A stretch of 64,000 bases of DNA from Hemiscyllium ocellatum (lineage: Eukaryota), in assembly GCF_020745735.1 (NCBI RefSeq), contig NC_083449.1, positions 8,158,923 to 8,222,922 of the forward strand. The letters run 5' to 3'. A program made the position numbers and the translations under genes. Below are positions 26,248 through 39,000 of the stretch, one piece after another (the stretch's first letter is position 1; each line of letters opens with the position of its first letter). The notes beneath the pieces are model-generated. The model was given only the letters and a program-made list of their open reading frames with translations. It searched no databases and was not told the origin of the DNA.

Positions 26248-27786
26248 CAGCATCTGTGAGAGGAACTAATCTTTCTGTCGGATTGATTATTTTCTTTTTA
26301 ACGTGGAGAGCCCTCGTCTCATAATAAGCCCGTCATAAATAAATTTCTTGCTCCGTTTCCTTGGATACTGTTACTGGCTATGGGAGCAGAGAAAGAATTT
26401 GTCATAAAATGCGATTGCAAGAGTGTCCTGCCCTACAGGATTTCATATTGAACGGTCACTGCCTGAGTGACTTCTGTCTTTACTATGAGTTTAGAATGGC
26501 GGCACGAACGTCCGCGATCGGGTTTGACCTCAAATTAGATTCACATTTCCTTTAACTGCAGTAGGAAGAGCTGGGTTGACCCAGTGCAGTGAAGGGTCAG
26601 TCGCTGCAGGATACAGTACGGGACGGTCCCTGACCCTCTGCGTCTTATTCTCTGTTCGGTTCATATCCAATATTCTGTCCCCTGTCTCTGGAGAGAGAGA
26701 GAGAGAGAGAGCAGATTGATCACCAGTGAGGCATTTTTCAGCTGTAAAGGCGGGAATGGGGTAAAGTGAGATTCTGATCTTTAATTGCTTTTTTCGGTTA
26801 TGAAATCAACGTGTACGTGCTGTAAAACTTGCTGCTCTTTTAGACGTGATGGCGGGCATTTTCAAATTTGAAAGTAAGCCGTTGACCTCTTGGCGCCATT
26901 ATTTTCCCTTTCTCTCCTGCCTCCCTCACCACTAGCCATGTTAACGCAAAGGCAGTCAATGAGATGGGTTTTTTCCACAAATATCTAACCCAATACCAAA
27001 ATTTGATGTTAAAATCACACTTATTACTATGTTTTTTTAATAGATTCCGCAATCCCTGAATGAATGTCTCATTAGTTGCAAAATTCACTCCCGCTGCCGG
27101 CCGATTTGTTTTTAAGTAACTTCCGTTAGAAATACTAATGTCCCCTACTGCTTCCTGCTCCCTCAGGATGAGCAAGCGAACTTGTGCCCGCCGATTAAAA
27201 CATCTTAAAAGCTAACACAGTGTACACCGATAAAATTACAGAACCACATTTTATTCCTATCACATCCAGAGCATTATTTACCCGAAGGCAATTTGTAATC
27301 GCTGCCTGAACGAGCAGATGGAAAGAACGCACCATTACGACACGCATAGGCTCCCAGAAACAAAACTGAGCCGAGTATTATGCTTCAGAAATATAAATAC
27401 TACAATACGCAACATTAATGACTGGATTCCAAAATAAATAAAAACAAAATCATGGCATGGACACCAAGTACACTACTGAGATAGACAGGTATTCACGAGA
27501 AAAGAGGAACGAAGGTTACGGGGAGCAGGCACAAGAACAAGTTTGAGAAATACCAGCCATTGGAGAACAATCTGGATGGGGAAACTGGCGTAATGCTGCT
27601 GCTATATCTTACAACTACAAGTCACGATGCGATACAGAGTCCACCCGCTCGCAGAACACAGTACTAGCACATTTTCAGGATTGAAATAATTTTATAATCA
27701 CTATATGTTTATTCACCGTCAACAGTACGCTATCCCCTCCCTGTGCTACCTTGCCTGTCCTCAGGTCTCGGCTCTCTCGGAGAGTT

Positions 27787-27810
27787 TGGGTGGCTCTGAA
27801 AAGAGCCTTT
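27787..27810 (-). terminator. Histone mRNA 3' stem-loop (H4), canonical
   Basis: Reverse complement AAA-GGCTCT-TTTC-AGAGCC-ACCCA, then gagagag downstream element. Confidence 0.96.
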
Positions 27811-27839
27811 GGGTTCGCTGGAAACGGGTCGCTTTATCC

Positions 27840-28142
<303 letters not shown>

Positions 28143-28194
28143 CACACTTCTTCAGTCCAATCGCTGCTGAATGAGAGCCGAGCTGACTCCCCTT

Positions 28195-28230
28195 CCGTTT
28201 TTATAAAGCCCGGCCCGACCTGACAGAGTA
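28195..28230 (-). promoter_or_regulatory. H4 core promoter (TATA box and upstream H4-type GGTCGG element)
   Basis: Minus strand ctgtcaggtcgggccgggctttataaaaa about 60 bp upstream of the ATG. Confidence 0.65.
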
Positions 28231-28469
28231 AGAGACGGGTCCGGAGAGGAAACTGAGTGACAGACAGAGCAGGGAAATGTCTTTGGCCATCCGGCTCCGC
28301 CTCCAGCTCACTCCAGCCCCAACTGTATCTGGGACTGACCCTTTTCTCCCCAAAGCTGACTGTTCCTGAGTAGAGGAGCGCATGTGTGAGGCCTTCCCCA
28401 AGCGCTGTCATTGACTCAGTGAGTGCAAGAAGTTTGTTTGAAACAGACCGCAATCAGCACTTTGATTTG

Positions 28470-28970
28470 TGTACAGTTCGGGTTTATACAAGGATATGGA
28501 AGCTTTGCGACAGGTTCAGAGGCGGTTTACTGGAATGTTGTCTGGTATGGAGGGAAGGTTATATGAAGAAACCCTACCGGACTTGAGGCTGTTTTCATTC
28601 GAGAGAAGACGTTTGGGAGGTCACTTAGTTGGGACATACAACAAAATCAGAGGATTCGACAGGACGTATAGTGTTACATTCCTCGAATGATGACGGCGAC
28701 TACAAGGGGACATAGCTTAAAGTTCAGGGAATATAGTTATAGGAGAGATGTTACAGATACTTTCTTTACTCAGAGAGTAGTAGGGACATGGATCGCAATG
28801 ACTGCAAAAGTAGTAAATTCGCCAAATTTAAGGACATTAAAATAGTCTTTGGATAAAAAATATTGGAGAAAATTGAATAGGATAGGATACAGAGGCTTCA
28901 GATTAGTTCCACTGCTAGGTGCAACATTGAAGGGCGAAGGGGCTGCACTGTTATGTTATGTTCTTTGATC
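28470..28970 (+). mobile_element. 5'-truncated degraded CR1 3' end
   Basis: YKDMEALRQVQRRFTGML ORF; tail gcaacattgaagggcgaaggggctgcactg followed by (ttatg)n. Confidence 0.88.
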
Positions 28971-28989
28971 TCTGTTCTAAATACTTCCC

Positions 28990-29290
28990 TTTTAACTGCA
29001 TCCTGGTTTCCTGACTGGGAGACCTCAGACATTCCAGATTGACAACAACAGCTCCATACCATCATCCTGAGCTCAGGGGCTGCCCAGTGCTGTGTGCTCA
29101 GTCCACTGCTGTTCACCTTGATGACGCTCAATTGTACAGCGATAACACGACTGTAGTGGGTCTCATCAGCATACAGAGAGGAGGTGCATCGTCTAACAGA
29201 CTCGCGCAGGTCTACCTTTCTCTGAATGGGCACAAGATGAAAGAGAAAGTTATTGACTTCACGATGGCATTTATACCACAGGATAAAAAA
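28990..29290 (+). mobile_element. Rex1/L2-type LINE RT fragment
   Basis: ggggctgcccagtgctgtgtgctcagtccactgctgttc (GAxQxCVLSPLLF) and SDNTTVVGLIS. Confidence 0.6.
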
Positions 29291-29299
29291 AAATAGGAA

Positions 29300-30440
29300 G
29301 CCCAAGAGCGTGGAAAGGAGGCAAACGGCTTCGGGTATTTCATCTGTGGGAAAGTGGACACATAAAGTCACAGTGCTGGTCGTTAAAGAAAGGCCCTGTG
29401 GGAAAAGATATGGTAAAATAAGTAAAGCCAATGGCATTAGTGAAGGTAGGAAAGGGAACTGGAAAAGAGGCAAGGAGCTGCAGAAGAGTGCACAGACTAG
29501 GTAGGGGCTGATTATGGAGTTAGTACCTGATCTCTACAAAGATTTTGCCTCTGTAGTAAAATTTACTCAGAAAGAACAGAGGGAGAAGGGCAATTAGTGA
29601 TAATGTTGAGAGATACAGGATCTAACCAGTCTCTGCTGGAAAGAGATGAGCGAATATGCGCTTTCTCCGATCTGTTAACCGAGAGAGTGGTAATTTGTGG
29701 GATAGATGGACTGAAATGTAGCCTTCCCCTATGTAAGATCAGGTTGGAGTACCAACTTAAGACTGGGGATGTTACAGTGAGAGTGATTGACTGAGTGCCA
29801 TTTCCAGGAATTCAGTTTGTTCTTGGGAATGATTTGGTAGGATCCAACGTGAGAGTAATATCCTTTGTTGAGGAGTAGCCCAAGGAAGACCAAGAAACTG
29901 AGGAGTTAAAAGAGAAATATCCTGGTATTTTCTCAGACTGTGTGGTAACCAGAGCTCACTATCATAAGCCACCACACAAAGTGAAAATTTAAGAGAAAGA
30001 TAGATGAGTTGAGGTTCAGTTAGCAGATATCCTATTTGACATAATAGTGCAGGAAATACCTGAACAGGCAGAGGGCTGGGCAGAAGTATTGAGTCCTGAA
30101 AATTTAAGAAATTTGCAACAACAAGACAAGGCAATAAAAGATATACGTGTGGATGTATACTCTGAAAAGGAGACAGCGAATTCTGTGGAGGGCTGTTATC
30201 TGAAAGATAGCATCCTGAGACGGAAATGGAGACCAGAGCATATTAATGCAGTGGATAAATGGACCCAAGTGCACCAGATTGTGTTGCATGTAGCATAAGA
30301 CTTGGGGAGTTAGGGGTAGCACATGAATTATCTTTCTCTGGTCACCTAACAGTATGAAAGACCACGAAGCTACATGGTACAAAAGCGAAGGTAGGAACCC
30401 ATTTTCATTGGCCTTGATTGCTCAAAGATATTGCTACATT
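29300..30440 (+). mobile_element. Decayed Gypsy (Gmr1-like) fragment: protease through the integrase zinc-binding start
   Basis: MLRDTGSNQSL protease motif (29597); YLKDSILRRKWRP..VHQIVL; similar to 39610-40500 in opposite orientation. Confidence 0.75.
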
Positions 30441-31450
30441 GCATCAATTCTTACATGTAGTCTGCACTGCACCCATGCTCCACTTTCATGCTACACTGCA
30501 TCAAGTCTTCCATTTCCTTCTACATTGCTTCAATTCTCCCACTTACAGCTGCAGTGCACCAATTCTCTCATTATCTGTGATAGTGAAGCATTGCCAGTTG
30601 GTCAGAACTGTCGGGATCCAATATTGCAAGCGCATTAATACTAAGTGGCTTATTATAAGAAGTTAGGAACTGAGGATGTGCCACAAGATTTCCGAGTAGG
30701 TACTGAACATTATGCAGCATTATGAGAGGGTCAGAACTGAAGGAATGCCTTATTGTCTGAGGGTCAGTCTTGAGGGAGTGACTTGTCAGATAGTCCGTGC
30801 TATGGGATTGTCTGACAGTTGACTAAGCACAATTCGACTTTTAATACTTGCCTGCAACATTTCCCTCACTGAATTGTTCACTGTTAGAAGTTTTAAATTT
30901 TGGTATCAATGAAGTGTCATTTTCCATGGTGTAAAATCTATCACTCTGATTCTGTGTAGGGTTTCCATGCACTACACCAATTCTCCCCTTTAGTACTGCA
31001 TTACATCAATTATTCCATTTAGTGTAACATTGCACTAATTCTCCCTTCAGTGCAAAACTGTTTCAATTCTTCTATTTAGTGCTGCACTGCGTCAATTCTA
31101 TTTTTGTTACGTTGCATGAATTCTCCCCTTCTGTGCTACACTGCATCAATTGTCTCCTTTAGTCTGACACGGCACCAATTCTCCATTAGTTTGCACTGCA
31201 CCAATTCTCCCCTTTAGTACTGAACTGTATCAATTCTTCCATTTAGTATTCCACTGCACCAATTCTCCCCTTTAGTGCTCCACTGCATCAATTCTTCCAT
31301 TTCATGTTACACTGCAACAATTCTCCCCTTTAGTGCTAAACTGCATCAATTCTCTGCTTTCATGCCATACTGCATCAACTCTTCCATTTCCTGCTACAGT
31401 ACATCAAGTCTCCCACTTAATACTACAGCGCACCAAATCTCTCACTATAT
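30430..31450. repeat. Minisatellite, about 29-bp unit (tgctacactgcatcaattctcccctttag), in two blocks 30430-30570 and 30965-31450
   Basis: Repeated actgca(c/t)caattct motif. Confidence 0.85.
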
Positions 31451-31559
31451 GTGCTTTTGAAGAGCAGTCAGTTGGTCAGAACTGTAGGGGTGTACTATTT
31501 GAGTGGGTCAATATTGTGTGCCTTAGTATAAGATGTTTGGAACTGAGGGACTGCCACAA

Positions 31560-32360
31560 GATTTCCGGGTAAGTACTGAGCATTATGCAGCATTTTGAGA
31601 GGGTCAGAACTGAAAGACTGTCCTATTGTCCGAGGGTCAGTACTGACAGAGTGCATCATTGTCAGACGGTCAGCGCTGACTCAGTGTGACATTGTCATTG
31701 TGTCAGAAATGAGCGGCTGCCATACGATGAGAGGGTCAGTACTGATATATCGTCGTTGTATCAAAGGATCAGTAATGAGGCATTCAAACACTGAGGGTAT
31801 GCCTCATTATCAGAAAGTTAGAATTATGGGAGTGCATTATTTTCAGAGCATCAATCCCGAGGTAGTCAATAGAGACTGTCTTGCATGGCTAGTGGATCAG
31901 TACTGAGATATTGTAGACCTTTCAGAGGGTCAGTTTTGAGGAAGAGCCTCATTCTCATAAGGTTCATTCGGAGGCAGTACCTTTTTGTCGGAGTGTCAAT
32001 AATGAGGCAGTGGTTCTTTTCATGGGGATCAGAGTTGAGAATGGGTTACGCATTTAGAGGGTCTGTACTGGCTGTGAGAGAGCCACGACTGCGGGGGCCC
32101 TCATGATCACACGCTTCCATGTGTGATGATCACATGTAGTGCATGTAGTCCATGTAGTGCATGATCACAATACTGAGGGGGTGCCTCATTGTCAGAGAAT
32201 CTGTTTTGACATAGTGCCTAACTTCAATGCAGTCAGAAATGAGGGAAGGCTGCGCGATAAAAAATGATCAGTTGAGAGGTACTGCAGCACTGGCTGAGGG
32301 TCAATTCTGAGGCAGTAGCTCAGTACCTTGGCAGTGTCCTGTTGTCAGAGATTCAGTATG
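31560..32360. repeat. Diverged minisatellite, about 33-bp unit (gtcagagggtcagtactgagggagtgcctcatt); also at 30600-30820 and 33350-33490
   Basis: Repeated gagggtcagtactga motif; gives the 11-aa RGSVL periodicity in ORF 31595-31906. Confidence 0.85.
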
Positions 32361-33507
32361 AACTTCCATTAATGTCCTAAGTATTACATTGCAATAGGAT
32401 TAATAGTTAGGAAAAAATGAAGGCATCTTCCCATTATGACAGTTCACTTTTTTTTCTTAAAGAGATGGCGTTATGAAGTTCAAGGTCTGTACTGCACCTT
32501 GAAGAGAGAGCGAAAGTTATTTTGCACTCAGAGCTCTCACATGACTAGCTCACAGTCTCAGAGTGAACTGGGAAATTGAAAACATGTAACATTTGGTTGC
32601 GAAATAGGTACCTGAGGTGGTTGCAGTTTTGACAACAATTCGAATTTAACCACTAAGTTTCAATTATGCTCCAGGATACTAAAATCCAATCGAGTTTGAA
32701 TTATTCTTTTTACCAATATCGAAACAATGAGGCAAAAATGAAAATATTGCAAGCATTAGTGAATTGGAGATTCAGTTCAGCGTACCTCTGAATGAAAACA
32801 AGTTAAATATGGCACCAATACGTTGAAACAGTGCATCAGAGACAGTGAAATGGGCATCAATAATTGAAAAAGTTGAGATTTGCTGCAGTGTACAGCTAAC
32901 TGGGACAGGATAGTATTCAATGGGAGAGTTGGAGCAATTCCAGGGTTTGTGCATGACTGGTAATTGGGAGAATTGATGCAAGGCAGAGGAGCCCTGAATC
33001 GATTCATAGAGACTTACAGCACAATAACAGACCCTACGGTCCAAATTAGTCAAACCATAAATTTAAGAATTCTGGCGGTACATCAGGAAACTGGGGAAAT
33101 ATTGCAAGGAACTACGAAATGGAAGAATTGGGCAAGATCTTATCTAAATAAGAGAATTTGGCGCAGAGCATTATGTAAAGGGGGATGTCATTGATTCACC
33201 GCACGGGATTCAAAAAGCTAATCTCATGCACGATGAGCCGAGAATGAGCACGATGCTAGTGTTAGCAGTTAACAGCTCCATTCAACAGGTACATCTCTGA
33301 GTGGTACATATGCAGTGCGTGTGTGCCACACATTTAAACAGTCACTCCTTGGAGTTTGCCCCACTGTCAGTGGGTCAATTTAGAGGCAATGCCTCATTGT
33401 CAAAGGTCAGTCCTGAAGTGGTGCCTCTTTGTCACATGGTTAGTACTGAGAGTCTGAATCATTGCCAGAAGGTCAATACTGAGACAATGCCAATCTCAAT
33501 ACGATTT

Positions 33508-35215
33508 GGAGATGCACGTTTTGGACTGGGATGAACAAAGTTAAAAATCACACAACACCAACTTATAGTCCAACAGGCTTAATTGGAAGCACGAGCTTTC
33601 AGAGCGCCGGTGGTTATGGAGTACACAATTGTGAGACACAGAATTTATAGCGAAAGTTTAATGTGATGTAAAATTATACATTGAAAAATATCTTGGTTAT
33701 TTACGAAGTGTCTCACCTGTGAAAATCGCCATGTTAGTTACGCTTATTTCATATGTAAATCACAAAACTTGTATTTAAAAGTTACATTTTCAGGTTAAGT
33801 TTAACAATTGGTGTCAGCACAGATAATTTGTTGAAGGTGTTGGCCCCCTGTGCGGTGCTGTCTGTGCCATAATGTTTAGAGTGATCCTAATCTAAACAAA
33901 TGTGTTAACAGAATCTTACATTGATTCATGCAATTTTTGAGCGAAGTACAATGTAATTCTGCTAGTAGAAATTCACCCCACAGATGTATATGTGTATATA
34001 TGGTGTGTGTGTGTGTGTGCCTTGTGTTTGAAGTTCGAAGTGTCTGTGAGAGAGAGTATATATGTTCGTGTGTGTGTGTGTGTGAGTTTGAGTGTAAAGG
34101 GGTCTAAGTCTGTGAGAGGGTGCATGTACTGTGGGTGAGTGTGTGTGTGTGTGTGTCTGAGGCTGAGTGTCTGTTAGAGAGAGTGTATATTTATGTGTGA
34201 ATGTAAAGGGGTCTAAGCTTGTGAGAGGGTGATGGTGTGAGTGTGGACGTGTGGAGTGGGGTGAGGGGTTGTGAGTGTCCGTGAGATAGAGTGTATGTAT
34301 GTGTGTGAGTGTAAAGGGGTCTAAGTGTGGGAGAGTGAGTATGGGAGTGTGTGTCTCAGAAGGAGTTTGTGAGAGTGTCTGTCTGTCTGTGTATAGGAAT
34401 GTGTGTGTGTGTGTGTTTCGGAGTACCTGTATGTATCAGAGTGTGTGTGTGTATGTGTGTGTGTGTGCGTGCAATGGTGGTCACCTGTAGTGTGACGTTA
34501 ACCCAAGGCCCTAGTTGAGGCCCTCCCTATGGGTATTGAACTTAGCTGTCAGCCTCTGCTCAGCCACTTTTCGCTGCTGCCTGTCCCGAAGTCCGCCTTG
34601 GAGGATGGTCGCCCGAAGGTCTGAGGTCGAATGTCCTGGACTGCTGAAGTGTTCTCCAACTGGGAGGGAACACTCCTGTCTGTTGATTGTTGTACAGTGC
34701 CCATTTGTCAGTCGCCGTAGCCTCTGTTCGGTTTCACCAATGTACCATGCCTCACGGCATTCTTGCCTGTGGCGTATGAGATAGACAACATCGGCTGAGT
34801 CTCATGAATACCTGCTCTGTACATTGTGAGAGGTGTCCCCACGCGTAATGGTGGTATCCATGTCCACACTCTGACATGTCTTGCAGGCCTACGTGACAGG
34901 GTTGCATGGAGTTGTCCTGAAAGCAGGGCTTTCAGGATGCCTGTTCCCATGTTTCACTACAAGGAACTGTAATGACCTCGTCACGAGACAGACACGTGCT
35001 GCAACTTACAGGGTGCCCTTCGTTGTCCAATACTTTCCAGGACCCGAAAAATTACGCCTGCAACACATTATCAATGAGGACGAGCACCTCACCAAGACCT
35101 TCCCCACACCCTCACTGCTCGCCTTTAAACAACCACCAAACCTCAACGGATCATTGTTCGTAGCAAACTGGCCGATGCAGCTTTCTCCACTATTCCAAAA
35201 TCTTTGCCAGATTAT
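33508..35215 (-). mobile_element. Penelope-like element 3' part: terminal repeat (family B hammerhead remnant), GT-rich tract, GIY-YIG endonuclease, and inverted 5' piece
   Basis: Minus strand 34500-34890 reads CKTCQSVDMD..VVYLI..WYIGETEQRLR..NGH..LPVGEHF..GLN; plus strand 34960-35150 reads RVPFVVQYFPG..LLAFKQPPNL (Penelope linker); 33520-33605 matches 11105-11195. Confidence 0.88.
33985..34472. repeat. Imperfect (GT)n-rich tract with repeated gtaaaggggtctaag unit
   Basis: Direct inspection. Confidence 0.9.
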
Positions 35216-35239
35216 GTAAATGACTGAACATTTCCTCAA

Positions 35240-36092
35240 TTTGATAAGGAATGGTAAAGCTGGATTTGAAGGGATATCCTACCAGTGGTGACAAAACTAA
35301 TACGTTATCCCCACGGCTTTTTATCTGCTCTCTGCTTAATTCTATCCTGTAACTTCTTTAGGGCTGCTTAGCTAATTCACCTGCCCAATTTATCCTCTCC
35401 CTCACCGAAGATACATTATCCAAGTTGAGATGTCCAACTTCCATCCTGTCAATTTTTCTTTAATTAATTTCAAAGGCCCTCTCACCTCATATCGAATATC
35501 AACTCAAAAGGAGCAAAGTGAGTAGAATCGTTTGGGGCATATCTAATGGAAAGCAATACAAATGGAGTACCTTTATTCCAATCATTCAGGTCATCTTGGC
35601 AGTACACTCTTAACATGGTCGTCAGGGTTGAATGCCACCTTTCTAAAGCTCCTTGGGATTCTGGATAATATGCACTTGATTTAAAGCACTCTGTTCTTTT
35701 TGCTTTCCACGACTTGCTTATACTGTTTAGCAGTAAAATTAGACCCTTGGTCAGATTGAATCCATCTGGGTAGCCCATACCGCATGAACAAAGGTACTGA
35801 CCCTTCCATCACCCTTTTTGCCTTAATATTCTGTAATGGAATTGCCTCCGGACATCTGGTAAGCACATTTATTATGGTTAACAAGTACTGGTTCCCATTT
35901 CTAGTTTTATGGTGGGGACCTATGCAATTAATCATAGCCTGCATGAAAAGTTCTTTGAATGTGGTATTGGAATCAAAGGTGCTGGCTTCATTACGGCCTG
36001 TGCTTACCTATCATTTGGCACGCCTGACATGTACAGTAAAAGTTAAAAACATCCTTGAGCATTGCAGGTCAATAGAAATGCTTTTGTAACTT
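35240..36092 (-). mobile_element. Gypsy integrase remnant (3' part of the element at 39604-42770)
   Basis: GNQYLLTI..TRCPEAIPL..RYGLPRWIQSDQGSNF, SSAYYPESQGALERWH, FAPFELIF. Confidence 0.92.
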
Positions 36093-39000
36093 TTCACCGC
36101 GGAGAGCGGCGCGAGCCGGGCGGAAGTGAGGTCGGAGCGCAGAGCTGGTCGGGAAGGTGAGTGAGTAGTATTTAAACAACTTACTTCGACGACAACGGAG
36201 AGCGGCGCGAGCCAGGCGGAAGTGAGGTCGGAGCGCAGAGCTGGTCGGGAAGGTGAGTGAGTAGTATTTGATTGGGTGTGTTCTTCAGAATCCTTAAGGG
36301 GGAGGGTGTGCAGCCAGAAGTCGTGGTGCACATTGGCACCAACGACATAGGTAGGAAGAGGGGTGGGGAAGTCATTCAAGAACTCAGGGAGTTAGGCTGG
36401 AAGCTAAAAGCTAGGACAGACAGAGTCGTCATCTCTGGGTTGTTGCCGGTGCCACGTGACAGTGAGGCAAGAAATAGGGAGAGAGTGCAGTTGAACACGT
36501 GGCTGCAAGGATGGTGTAGGAGGGAGGGCTTCAGGTATTTGGAAAATTGGACTGCATTCTGGGGAAGGTGGGACCTGTACAAACAGGACGGGTTGCACCT
36601 GAACCAGAAGGGCACCAATATCCTGGGGGGTAGGTTTGCTAGCACTCTTGGGGGGGGTTTAAACTAATTTGGCAGGGGGGTGGGATCCGGACTTGTAGTC
36701 CAGCAAGTAAGCTAGCTGTGTTTCAGGATGTCCAAGAACGTAGGGAGGCTGTGGAGAACGTAGCAGAGACAGGGAATACTTGCAGACACACAGATGGGCT
36801 AAAGTGCGTATACTTCAACGCAAGAAGTATCAGAAATAAGGTGGGTGAACTTAAGGCATGGATCGGTACCTGGGACTATGATGTTGTGGCCATCACGGAA
36901 ACGTGGATAGATGAGGGACAGGAATGGTTGTTGGAGGTTCCTGGTTACAGATGTTTCAGTAAGATTAGGGAGAGTAGTAAAAAAGGAGGGGGGTGGCATT
37001 GCTAATTAGAAATGGTATAACGGCTGCAGAAAGGAAGTTTGAGGGGGATCTGCCTTTGGAGGTAGTATGGGCTGAAGTCAGAAATAGGAAAGGTGCAGTC
37101 ACCTTGTTGGGTGTTTACTATAGGCCCCCCAATAGCAGCAGAGATGTGGAGGAACAGATTGGGAAACAGATTTTGGAAAGGTGCAGAAGCCACAGGGTCG
37201 TAGTCATGGGTGACTTCAACTTCCCAAATATTGATTGGAAGCTCTTTAGATCAAGTAGATTGGATGGGGCGGTGTTTGTGCAGTGTGTCCAGGAAGCTTT
37301 TCTAACTCAGTATGTAGATTGTCCAACCAGAGGGGAGGCCATATTGGATTTGGTACTCGGTAATGAGCCGGGACAAGTGATGGGTTTGTTAGTGGGTGAA
37401 CATTTTGGTGATGGTGACCACAATTCTGTGACTTTTACCTTGGTCATGGAGAGAGATAGGTGCGCACAACAGGGTATGATGCTGTAAGACAGGATTTGAG
37501 GAGCATAAGTTGGGAGCATAGGCTGTCAGGGAAAGATGTGGTGGAAATGTGGAACTTTTTCAAGGAGCAGATACGACGCGTCCTTGATATGTATGTACCT
37601 ATCAGGCAGGAAAGAAATGGTCGTGTGAGGGAGCCTTGGTTGACGAGGGAGGTTGAATGTCTAGTAAAGAGGAAGAAGGAGGCTTACATAAGGTTGAGGA
37701 AACAGGGTTCAGACAGAGCAGTGGAGGGATACAGGATAGCCAGAAGGGACCTGAAGAAAGAGATTAGGAGAGCTAAGAGAGGGCATGAATAATCCTTGGC
37801 GGATAGGATCAAGGATAACCCCAAGGCATTTTATGCGTATGTGAGAAACATGAGAATGACGTGAACGAGGGTAGGTCCGATCAAGGACAGTAGTGGGAGA
37901 TTGTGTATTGAGTCGGAAGAGATAGGAGAGGTCTTGAATGAGTACTTTTCTTCAGTATTTACGAACGAGAGGGACCGTATTGTTGAAGAGGAGAGTGTGA
38001 AACGGACTGGTAAGCTAGAAGAGATACTTGTTAGGAAGGAAGATGTGTTGGACATTTTGAACAACTTGAGAATAGATAAGTCCCCCGGGCCTGACGGGAT
38101 ATATCCTAGGATTATGTGGGAAGCAAGAGAGGAAATTGCAGTACCGTTGGCAATGATCTTTTCGTCTTCACTGTCAACGGGGATGGTACCAGGGGACTGG
38201 AGAGTAGCGAATGTTGTGCCCCTGTTCAAAAAAGGGAATAGGGATAACCCCGGGAATTACAGGCCAGTTAGTCTTACTTCTGTGGTGGGCAAAGGGTACT
38301 GAGGGATAGGATTTATGAGTATCTGGAAAGACACTGCTTGATTAGGGACAGCCAGCACGGATTTGTGAAGGGTAGGTCTTGCCTTACAAGTCTTATTGAA
38401 TTCTTTGAGGAGGTGACCAAGCATGTGGATGAGGGTAGAGCAGTGGATGTAGTGTACATGGATTTTAGTAAGGCATTTGATAAGGTTCCCCATGGTAGGC
38501 TTATGTGGAAAGTCAGGAGGCATGGGATAGAGGGAAAATTGGCCAATTGGATTGAAAACTGGCTAACTGGTCGAAGTCAGAGAGTGGTGGTAGATGGTAA
38601 ATATTCAGCCTGGAGCCCAGTTACAAGTGGAGTTCCACAGGGATCAGTTCTGGGTCCTCTGCTGTTTGTAATTTTTATTAATGACTTGGATGAGGGAGTC
38701 GAAGGGTGGGTCAGTAAATTTGCAGATTATACGAAGATTGGTGGAGTTGTGGACAGTGAGGAGGGCTGTTGTCGGCTGCAAAGGGACTTGGATATGATGC
38801 AGAGCTGGGCTGAGGAGTGGCAGATGGAGTTCAACCCTGCCAAGTGTGAGGTTGTCCATTTTGGAAGAACAAATAAGAATACGGAATACAGGGTTAACGG
38901 TAGAGTTCTTAGTCAGGTGGAGGAACAGAGGGATCTTGGGGTCTATGTACATAGATCTTTGAAAGTTGCCACTCAGGTGGATAGAGCTTGTAAGAAGGCC

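Noticed and set aside
26496-26555. ATGGCGGCACGAACG (MAART) as a possible H3 start
   Set aside because: Similarity ends after four codons; no KQTARKS sequence, TATA box or stem-loop
28898-29473. 191-aa hydrophobic minus-strand ORF
   Set aside because: Spans the antisense of three unrelated transposon fragments
31595-32106. Repetitive RGSVL-containing ORFs as a repeat protein
   Set aside because: Consequence of a 33-bp minisatellite; frames are short and broken
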